Origin: Octopus vulgaris
Taxonomy: Eukaryota
Direction of reading: 5' to 3'
NCBI GenBank assembly: GCA_951406725.2
Contig: OX597820.1
Coordinates: 113,522,001 to 113,586,000, forward strand
Length of the DNA: 64,000 nt
The notes beneath the pieces are model-generated. The model was given only the letters and a program-made list of their open reading frames with translations, did no database searches and was not told the origin of the DNA. A program made the translations under genes and the position numbers. This document shows, in pieces, positions 53,500 to 64,000 of the stretch. Position 1 is the stretch's first letter, and every line of letters begins with the position of its first letter.

Positions 53500-54140
53500 C
53501 TGTTTCTTTTCAGATTTCATCAGAAAAAAGTAATTAAAATTCATTAAAATGACAGCTCAGTCGGACTTTGAAAGAGGTCAAATTGTTGGTGCTCGTATGG
53601 CAGGCGTAACGAAAACAGCCAAAATGTTTAGTATATCAAGAAGTACTGTCTCAAAAGTAATGACAGTAAAGAAAGAGGGGGGAAACCTCCTCGTCGAAAC
53701 AAAATTCCGGAAGAAAACAAAAACTTAATGACCACCTCGAGAACCCAGTTTCCACAAAAACTGTTCACCGTGAGCTGCACAAAGATGCAATCAGAAAACC
53801 ACTACTTTCAAAAACAAACGTTGCAAAGCATTTAGAGTGGAGTAAAAACCTACAGAATTGGTCCCTAGAGCAGTAGAAGAATGTTATTTTCTCGGACGAG
53901 TCATCCTCTACCTTTTTTCCGACTACCAGCCGAGTATACGTGTGGAGAAGGCCAAAAGAAGTATTTGACCCAGACTGCTTTCTTCCAACTGTTAAACATG
54001 AAAGAGGATCTGTGATGATCGGGATGGGGGCTGTATCTTAGAAATCTGCCGGCTCAATAGTTTCCCTTCATGACAGAATTAATAGTCAAGGCGATTTAAG
54101 CATTTTACCTGATCAAATTCATCCTGTGGTTGCGGAACAT
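53500..54140 (+). mobile_element. Tc1-like transposase remnant (5' two-thirds, with deletions)
   Basis: SDFERGQIVGARMAG, ISRSTVSKVM, VSTKTVHRELH, KNVIFSDES, RVYVWRRPKE, PTVKHERGSVMI. Confidence 0.92.
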
Positions 54141-54344
54141 ATATATGTATATATATATGTACATGTATATGTATATATATTTGTGTATGTGTGTATGTGT
54201 AAGAGGGAAAGAGAGAGATTAGGAGTTCATAAATTTGTACAAGAGTTAGAGTGTCCTTAAAACCGTCGGCCTGTATAATATTTGATGTCAAGGGAATAAC
54301 TTATTAAACAACTCTGAACGTATTCATACTCACTGAATAATGCC

Positions 54345-54826
54345 GTTCTGATTTAGGTACAATGTCAGCCAGCAAATTTGAAGGAGTGATTAGTAGATAC
54401 TCTCGACTCTAGGATTTGACCACTACTAAAATTTATGAACTTTTAAAGCATGAAAGGTAAAGTTGGCTTGATTTGAACTTAGAATACTAAAAACCGGATT
54501 ACATGCCGTAAAGCATTTATTCCACCACTCTAACGATTCTGCTAAATCTCCGCCGCTACACGTTCTTTCTAATAAGAGTGTATGGAAAAAGAAGGAACAA
54601 TCCAGTATTAATCCTTTCTATTATAGACACAAGGGCTGAAATTTGAGGAGAGGAGGGATAGTTAATTACATCGACTCCAGTACATGACTGGTACTTATTT
54701 TATCGATCCCGAAAGGATGAAAGGCAAAGCCGACCTCGGCGGAATTTGAACTCAGAACGTAAAGACAGACGAAATACCGCTAAGCATTTTGTCCAAAGTG
54801 CTAACGATTCTGCTATCGTGTTGCCT
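54345..54826 (-). mobile_element. Two tandem SINE family A-related copies (diverged 54345-54555; clearer 54611-54826)
   Basis: gatcccgaaaggatgaaaggcaaagccgacctcggcggaatttgaactcagaacgt. Confidence 0.8.
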
Positions 54827-55689
54827 ACAATCCTATATTAACCAAAATAGTAATGCTCAATTCGTAAAATCAATTAATTTGAATGATAATTAATTAAATT
54901 TGTAATTACTCATTTATAATGAATATATAATTATTTGTAATTAGAAATATAGAGAAGACATTTAAAAATCAAGAATTTAGTCAGGATAATAAATGTATAA
55001 ATACTTCATGAGAACAGCGAACATCTAAACAATAAGGTTCACTCTTAATACCTTCTGTAAGATTCGAACGTGAAAATACTAATCGCTATTGTATTTCTTC
55101 CTCGGAGGATATCGCCTTTCTTTAATTAGATTACATCAATATATCGCGTGTGTTATATATGAGCACACATCGTCTAAAGGGAGATGTCTCCGATGGCGAA
55201 ATATAACAGATATCAACATGTTCACGTTCGAACCAGCCAGGGCTTATTAAAGATCAACAGGTAGATTTTGTTTATACTCTTGCTGTTTTGTGTTCACCTT
55301 AAGAATTAAATATAATTTGTTCGACAGACATCAGTAAGCTTCAACAAACAGTTTACTAGTAATTCTTATAAACAAGAATCGGTATTCTTGTTTATGTTTA
55401 TTGATCAGGGATAACTATCACTGAAGAGACGCTCGATATCGCTGAATAAAAAGTCCCCTTACGTCATTGAATCGTGTATCATGAACACACATTGCCTGAA
55501 AGGAAGAGCTGTTTTCCGATGATGAAATACAACAGTGATCGGTATGTTCTCTTTCGAATCTGCCAAGACGTATTATGAGTGGACTGGAACGTCATTAATT
55601 AAATTTATAGAATATAAATGTATAACAGTATGCTTAATTATATTTAAAAGAAACCATAATATCGAATATATAAACAAAGTAGATACACA

Positions 55690-55729
<40 letters not shown>

Positions 55730-56154
55730 TATCACGCACAAATGAGAGCAAACACACACACACGTAAGTATGGATGGATGGATGGATGCAAGCATGTATC
55801 TATGTATGTATGTATGTATGTATGTATGTATGTATGCATGTATGTATGTATGTATGTATGTATGTATGTATGTATGTATGTATGTATGTATGTATGTATG
55901 TATGACTATGAATCTTATGATTTATTAAATTAAATGTATAAGAAATTATAACATGTAATAATGTAAATAAACAATGTAGTTTTGAAGATTGGAATGCAGG
56001 TGTACACCTGGTATAGAGATTAGAAACTTTTGAACGATAGAGAATAACCGAAATGTAATAAAACAACAATAGTTAATTTAAATCTACCTGGGTGTATGAT
56101 ACGGAATATGTAAATAAAGAAAGAAATCTTCTCCATGACAGAATACAGCGTATG

Positions 56155-56549
56155 GCTTTCTCATGGGTTTGAATCTGCCCCAAGCATATTTGAACTGGTA
56201 ACAAGTTTGTATTAATGCACTTCATTGCTTAGCGCTCTCAGCTCCGTATTTTATTTACGGTGAGCCACTGAATAGCGCAACCATTCATGAAATCATGACG
56301 GGGCATGCCTCTTGTATCAGTTCGCAGCGTTTGCCTTTCCGGTCTCTGTGGCTGAAAAAGCGATAACCACTCCGAAATGCATGTATCCCACAGTCTGGTT
56401 AATGTACGTTGTGAGCTGAGTGTATTTACACGTATTTGTCAACAGCAAGAATTTTACAGTGAAAGGTTTTCTCACTGGTTCAGCTTTCTTACTGCCACGA
56501 GCATGTTTGAACAGGTAACAAGTTTGTATTTACACACAATACTGCTTAG
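56155..56549 (+). mobile_element. Old terminally redundant ~317-bp unit with a decayed hammerhead motif (56346-56393)
   Basis: Direct repeat agcat.tttgaac.ggtaacaagtttgtatt at 56183 and 56500; ctgtgg CTGAAAA ... GAAA TGCATGT ATC ccacag. Confidence 0.5.
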
Positions 56550-56901
56550 TGATATATAAATAAAGTATTGATAATTTAAATCTAAAAGTAGACACGGCTG
56601 TCGCTCACCAGTGTTTCTGTAATTTGTACCACGCTTTCGTTTTATGCCCATACAGTCGTGATCAGACAAAGAGACCTACTCGATCGAGTGGAACATGGAG
56701 GAAGTGACCGCTGGAGAAATATTTGAGCTGCACAAGCTGTTAGCTAGAATTTGCTCTCCGATGAGTAGACACGAGCAACGTGAAAATGATGGGTCTTGCT
56801 CAAGGATACAATTCTCCACTCAACCGTATTCCCAACAATTTAATCATTAGGTCATACACCATCAAAAACACCTCTCATAGTCGAAAATATAATATATATA
56901 A

Positions 56902-57225
56902 ATCAAAAGGCAATCTTTATATCCAACTTAACGTGGGTGTTGTGTTAGAACACAGAATACTGCGTTACTTACCATGAGAAGTTCTCTCAGATGGACTCGT
57001 GATGTATAAAAGCACTTGCATTTATAGTGTTGACAGACGAAAAGAGAAGACCAAGCAGGACAAAGTCAAGTGATCTGGAGTTCTCGTCTGTCGACGATAT
57101 AGGTATGAGTGTTTTTATGTACCAGGAGTCCCTCTGAGAAGTCTTCCTCTCGAGATAAATAATACAGAGTTCTGTTTTCTAATACAACATCCAAGTCATT
57201 TTGGAGATAAAGATTGCCTTTTGGT
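56902..57225. repeat. Diverged inverted repeat (~140-bp arms, ~45-bp spacer)
   Basis: caaaaggcaatctttat...gacagacga versus tcgtctgtc...ataaagattgccttttg. Confidence 0.8.
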
Positions 57226-57262
57226 GTTAATACTGATTCTGTCACTATTAAATGTTTATATA

Positions 57263-57349
<87 letters not shown>

Positions 57350-57379
57350 CTGAAAAAATTTCTATTTATATTCCACAGT

Positions 57380-57523
57380 ATGGTAGGAAGCTTGCTTCCC
57401 TACCACATGGTTCCTGGTTCAGTTCCACTGCGTGGCACCTTGGGTATGTGTTTCTACTATAGCTTAGTGCCGACCAAACCCTTGTGAGTGGGTTTGGTAG
57501 ACGGAAACTGAAAGAAGCCTGTC

Positions 57524-57527
<4 letters not shown>
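57380..57527 (+). mobile_element. SINE family B, 5' half
   Basis: accacatggttcc...ccactgcgtggcaccttggg...ggaaactgaaagaagcctgtcgt. Confidence 0.85.
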
Positions 57528-57576
<49 letters not shown>

Positions 57577-57598
57577 TATGTGTGTGTGTGTGCGTGTG

Positions 57599-57630
<32 letters not shown>

Positions 57631-57659
57631 TGTATGTATATACAACTCTCCATCCACTA

Positions 57660-58770
57660 GGGATTATATATTAAATTATCTTTGAAGCCACTGCTGGGAA
57701 ATACCCAAACCGTCGTCTTGGTATAGGCCAACGTTATAAGATGAGTATTTATACCTCGATGTGTTTAATGTAAACAAACCCACAAGATCACAGATGTCAG
57801 CACTATCATATGACCACAGAGATACATCAAATAGTTCATCACTATACGACTTTTCTACCCATGCTAATCCTTTTCTGGACAATAGTGTTTTCCTCGCATG
57901 CCTGATGAAATCTAGGTCCATAAGGTCAATTTCAGCTTATGATATATCAAATTCAATTAATTCAATAGCTTTATCAAGCAGCGATCTAGATATACAGGGA
58001 TAAACGTCTATCATATCAAACTGGGTGAATTTAGTCGTATTCTTATTCTTGATATTCTTAAACCAATATGTTACAGTAATACTGTTACTCCATTATTGAA
58101 ACCCAGTAATTTCCCTAATTCTAATATTAATATTCTAAAGTGTTTTATTAGCTACCAGCCCAGTTTCAGATTTCGCTGAGGTTAACAATATACGAGTAAG
58201 ATTATATTAGAAATTGAGCTTATAATCTTTTAAAGTAATAAAAGCCTCTCACTTAACTAAGCGTTCTAATCTCTCATTGATATGACTATGTTTAGCGAGG
58301 AATTTAGCTTCGTCATTGATATCATTGTATCTCTCTACGTTAGATTTCTTATATTAAGAGGAAAAGTTGACTTTTAGCAATTTATCGTATAAAACATTAG
58401 TAACTTTATATAGGTTATTTGTCTTATCCCAAAATACGAAATTCTTTTTAGAACTTCTAAAGTCTTTAATATCAGATTTCATTTTAGTTTGAAAGGAGTT
58501 ATGGTATTTACAAAATCTAATATTGGTGACTAAATTAAGGAGGTCAGACTCAAAGGGGACTAAATCTTTAACAATAGGAGGGTATTTACGTGTCTTTAAA
58601 TCATAACGTTCTCTATGAGGGAGTAAATCTGGAATCAGAAAATGAAGCTTTCCATCTCATCCGTTTCACATGATCTTCAAATTTCTCAAGTATTATCCTG
58701 AGATATAATGTATTTGGTGATGTAGATATATTCTTAGTAGAGAAATCCATGTGGTATAAATCCATAACAA
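57660..58770 (-). mobile_element. Penelope-like element: N-terminus plus reverse transcriptase (stops, 3'-truncated)
   Basis: MDFSTKNI...KRMRWKA, GDKTNNLYKV, KEAFITLKDYK-like segment, FTQFDMIDVYPCI, FDVSLWSYDSADICDLVG, GLYQDDGL. Confidence 0.9.
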
Positions 58771-58990
58771 TGTGTCACTCAACAAAGCAATCACGCCAAC
58801 CATATGGCAGTTATGAACTTGCAGTGAAAAGCCACTGTTAGGAGGGGTACAATGTACTGATCCGTGATAGAGAATTCAACATAAGAATGTACTCCATCTG
58901 GTGAGAGATAAATATTATTTATTTCAAGGTCACAATACATGTATTAAAGCGCTACTAATAGTTTTATATGTTGTGTGTATATGTAAATAC

Positions 58991-59111
<121 letters not shown>

Positions 59112-59142
59112 TATTGTGTACGTATGTGTGTGTGTGTGTGTG

Positions 59143-59480
59143 TGTGGTAAGAAACTTGCTTCTCAACAACATGGTCCCCGGTTCAATTCTACTGCGTGTT
59201 TCCTTGAGCAAGTATCTTCTACTATAGCCTTGGGTCGACCAAAGCCTTGTGAGTGGATTTGGTAGGCGGAAACTGAAAGAAGCTCGTCGTATACATACAT
59301 ATATATATATATATTGGTGAGTTTACGTCCCCGTAACCTAGCGGTTCGGCAAACGATACCGATAAAATAAGTACTAGGCTTACAAAGAGTAAGTTCTGGG
59401 GTCGATTTGTTCGACTAAAGGCAGTGTTCCAGCATGGCTGCCGTTAAATGATTGAAACAAATAAAAGAATAAAAGAATAA
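59143..59480 (+). mobile_element. SINE family B (internally shortened)
   Basis: Colinear with 61999-62390. Confidence 0.88.
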
Positions 59481-59709
59481 ATATATATATCATTTAATCT
59501 TAGATAATAGGCTGGGATTTCGTGGAAATCTGAGGAGTTATTTTTATCAGCTCAAGCGGCCATGGAGAAGACTTTGGTCATTGACTCCAAGTAAAATGTC
59601 CCTGACCAGGTTTGCAAAGAGACTTACAATGAAAGGATTTCCAACCATAAAACCCCGCCGTTTATTAATGCCTCAAGGAGTCTCTAACAGCATGTCATGT
59701 TACCCACCA

Positions 59710-59988
59710 ATGCTGGTCAGACCTGGCTGCGGACCGTGATGTCTGGCGTCACGAGATCTTCAATGCAGTCAAGTTTGAGGAACAAAGAAGAGACGCACTT
59801 AAAGACAAGAGACGCAGGAGGAAGGCGCGAGCCGCTTCTGACACCATACCGGATGTTACCTTCGTCTGTGGACACTGCTCACGGACCTGCCTTTCCCATA
59901 TCGGACTTGTCAGTCATGAGCGTGCATGCACGCGACGTGGACAGCCTTCCTGATCTTCGTTCGCGAAGCCGAGCCATGATGATGATGA
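59710..59988 (+). mobile_element. RTE-clade LINE 3' end with C2H2-like finger and (ATG)n tail
   Basis: DLAADRDVWR...FVCGHCSRTCLSHIGLVSHERAC...* (stop at 59951-59953), short UTR, atgatgatgatg tail. Confidence 0.9.
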
Positions 59989-60895
59989 CAATGTCCAATA
60001 TATTTCCATATCAATCCATCTGAGAATGACTTTGAAACGGTGATATAACCTTCCTGATTTAAAGTGACCCAAAATAAAACCTCTCATCCAAATGTCAAGT
60101 TAATTTATGATCCAAACACCTACTTAATATTGACTAAGTTATTTTCTAAAGTTTTCATTATTTTAAAATTATTTTAAATAAAGGCAGCATATTTCAACGA
60201 AAATTTAGTAATAAAAAAAATTGGGGGGAAGGATCCTTTCGTTACCATATTAGCTTGCATCACGACTTGCAAATCTTCCCTGAAATCCATCTTACTATCT
60301 TTTAACACTCACTAGTTACTGTAATTCGGAATACATTATGCCTTAAAAAATGGAGAGACGTGGTTGGACTGCTTATAATGATTTTTCTGCTGGGTCAGGT
60401 CCGACTTGGGGTTAAAACAACAGCCACAACATTAACACAACTAAAGACACCAAAAGTCTTCGACAAACATCACCACCAGCATCACAACCAGACTTACTAC
60501 ACTGTAGTAACCTATTGATGTACGTGTAGTAGTTTTTTAAACATTCATTTCCGCCTAAAGATGGCAATTTACGGCCAATTAAAGCCTAGCTTTGATGTGC
60601 TCTTGCGCCGGCGCATTAGAACTGGCTGTAATAACGGTTAGCCAATAGCAGTTAGTCAGGCGTACAACCAATCAAATTGAATGAGGGTTTCTTTCTATAG
60701 GGGGTTGATCATCAAACGAAAAACATCTTTAGTGTTGGTGTTAGTAAGTGGTAGTGGGGGTGATGGTGATGGTGGTAGCGGCAGTGAGATGATTGCATGT
60801 GTTAGTGGTGGTGGTGGTGGTGGTGTGGTTATAGTAGATGATGGTGGAGATGGTGGTGGTAGCCGTAGTGGTAGCGATGGTGACGGTCAATGGTG

Positions 60896-61126
60896 GTGGC
60901 GAGCTGGCAGAAAGGTTAGCACGCCGGGCGAAATGCGTAACCGTATTTCGTCTGCCGTTACGTTCTGAGTTCAAATTCCGCCGAGGTCGACTTTGCCTTT
61001 CATCCTTTCGGGGTCGATAAATTAATAACCAGTTACGCACTGGGGTCGATGTAATCGACTTAATCCGTTTGTCTGTCCTTGTTTGTCCCCTCTGTGTTTA
61101 GCCCCTTGTGGGTAGTAAAGAAATAG
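60896..61126 (+). mobile_element. Full-length SINE family A inserted in (GGT)-rich sequence
   Basis: Near-identical to 32633-32863. Confidence 0.92.
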
Positions 61127-61537
61127 CTATATGGTGGTGGTGGTGGTAACCGTAGTAGTAGCGACGGTGACGGTATATGGTGGTGATGGTGGTGGTAATG
61201 GTGTATTGTGATGTTGGTGGTGATAGTGTGGGTGATTGTGTTTAGCCCCAGGTCAACCACTTTTGAGCAGATATATGGTAAAACAGTGTTTAGACCAAAA
61301 TGCTCCTATTATCTTTTGCAGACTAAAAGTCGATCTGGAATACATTGTCAAATATCCGCTCCCGGCATTTTGTCTTTATTGCAAAGCATGATTTGAGGGA
61401 GATTTGTCTATTATTTCTAGCAAATCGATCGACTGTGTTGTAACTTCTTCGTTAACTCATCCATTGCAATGTGACTGGTACCGTGCGTGTGTGTGTGAGA
61501 GAGAGAGAGACAGACAGGCAGACAGACAGAGAGAGAG

Positions 61538-61613
<76 letters not shown>

Positions 61614-61998
61614 TGGCTATGATAGGGTGTTTAAGAGTGTCTTGTAGTACGTATGTGATGCATGTAGTGCGCATGTGTTTAGAGAGTGTGGTAACGATTG
61701 ATGGTTTAATTGAAATTAAAATGGGAATTAGGACGAAGGAAGGATGAAAGGAAGAATATTAAAAAAAACGTAAAGAAACAAGTAAAATTGTTTTTAAAAA
61801 ATGAGAAAAGAAAAGGAAAGAATAAAAGAAACAAAGAGAAAAACGAACGAATCAAACACAAAAAAAGAAAGAGAAAGAAGGAAGAAAAGAAAGAAAGAAT
61901 GAATAAATTAATGAAAATTAGAAGAATCTCTCAACACGCAGGAGTGATCCTATAGGATACACACACACAAACATATATATATTTATAATGTATGTATA

Positions 61999-62515
<517 letters not shown>

Positions 62516-62759
62516 AGCCAAAATAAGTTTATGACCGATGATGACAGTTCTATTCCTTCATAAATATATTTTTAACAAAACTGTATAAAATTATTTTACG
62601 TTTTACAGTTTATGTAGAATTTTTTTTCTCTTTCCCATGATATAGACATTATATATCTTTCTACAATTCGAATAATTTTAACGCGCAATTAATTCAAATG
62701 ATTAGAAATTGTCGGCAAAATACGTTTAATTCCGTACCAAGATTGTGCAAATTAATAAA

Positions 62760-63505
62760 CGAAATGGGTGGTCATATGGCTGGTCGTACTTCAGTTTTGT
62801 TTAATACTCAAACATTGTTACACATTAAATCTCTATGGGAAAGCGTCGTAGTATCAGCCCAGTTACTAGATGAAAGATCGTGTTGTTTCGTCACCAAAAT
62901 GTGTCCTTCGTGAATGTTAGCAAGCAATCAGGATGCAGCAAAATGGCTTGTGTTCAAGCATGGAAGCTTTATCACGCCACTGGCCAATCCAAAGATCGGC
63001 TAAGGACGGGCGCTCCAAGAAAAACAACAGTACAAATGGATCGGCGAATTCATAGGCTCTCTGAAGGTAACCAAATACTAATAGCAGTGGACATTTGCAA
63101 GCAATTATCTAATGAAACTGACATCAGATTTGTACCACAAACTGTCAGAAAGCACCTAAAAGAATTTGGACTGTTCGGCCAGATCGCTCGAAAGAACCCG
63201 AAAATTTTTGAGATGAACCGGCGGAAGCGGATCAAGTTTGCTAAAAGCCATTTTGAATGGACGGCCGAATACTGGTCAAAAGTTCTTTGGAGTGACGAAT
63301 CCTGCTTCTGCATCATTGGATCAGAAGGAAAGACTTATGTGAGACGCCGTCCAACTGAAGAATTCCATCTTAAGTGTGTCAAGAAAACGGCGCAAGCGGG
63401 AGTGGGGTAATGGTGTGGGCAATGGTGTCAAGGTTGATGGCAGACTGAACAATGTAAGCCATCTGCAATTAGTAAATGAAAATGTGCTGCCATATTTAAA
63501 TAATC
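62760..63505 (+). mobile_element. Tc1-like transposase remnant, truncated before the second catalytic D
   Basis: ORF 62880..63410: RTGAPRKTT..DRRI, TVRKHLKEFGL, RRKRIKFAK, WSKVLWSDESCF, YVRRRPTEEF. Confidence 0.92.
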
Positions 63506-64000
63506 AGATGCCATCGGAGGAATGGAAGGAAGGAATTACAGCCGTGTTTCGTGGTCTGCTACCACAACAGCTCCTTTATAGGATCCAGTTAGCTCAAGAC
63601 ATCATCAGGAGGAACCACGTCCGGTTTCGGACCCTACTCCTCTACCGTTTTGACGTGGCGGGGTCCCTCCCTTTCGGAGGTGTCTTCAGCTCTGGTGTTG
63701 TGTACATATCTTCTTTCTTCTGTTCCCTGACCTCTTCGATGTATCGTCAGCCGGTGACTGACTGACTTGCCAAATTTTTCCCTTTAAATACCTGCCGCTA
63801 GGCTCCAGCAGGCAGCCCCCAGCAAGTTGTCACGTGACACTGTCTCACCTTAACTGATTAGTGAGGCGCGTAGTCTTAGCCCGCGCATTCTCTAAACGAC
63901 CGTCACCTTGTCAATCAGCGAGGCTGATTCAGTGTCAGCTTGTCTCACCTAGTGATGTTATTTCCCGCTCCAGCAGGAGAATTGCCCCATTCATAAAGCG
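63505..64000 (-). other. GC-richer unclassified insertion, possibly a retroelement terminal repeat, running off the window end
   Basis: Abrupt composition change; minus-strand tatttaaa followed ~18 nt later by tcagt (TATA/Inr-like). Confidence 0.3.

Overview
AT-rich eukaryotic DNA that looks intergenic or intronic. The SINE families and microsatellite load resemble an Octopus genome, which is recognition from memory, not a search. No intact host protein-coding gene is supported, and almost all ORF-track entries are translated microsatellites. The window holds simple repeats, several tRNA-derived SINE families and decayed transposons: R4/Dong-type RLE LINEs next to (TAA)n, RTE and Tx1-like LINE fragments, Penelope-like RT and GIY-YIG fragments, Tc1/mariner and hAT remnants, and a MITE carrying (CCCTAA)n. 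The main signal is a set of about 15 type-I hammerhead-ribozyme motifs (stem I - CUGANGA - stem II - GAAA - short palindromic stem III - NUH - stem I) from about nine different sequence families. Most sit in short non-coding elements next to (TA)n tracts. They take three forms: terminally redundant 317-586 bp units (retrozyme/pLTR-like), inverted pairs, and a tRNA-promoter-headed hammerhead SINE. There are also two loopless palindromes and a 37-bp minisatellite with a 222-bp higher-order repeat. All ribozyme calls come from manual motif and pairing inspection, and none is shown to be active.
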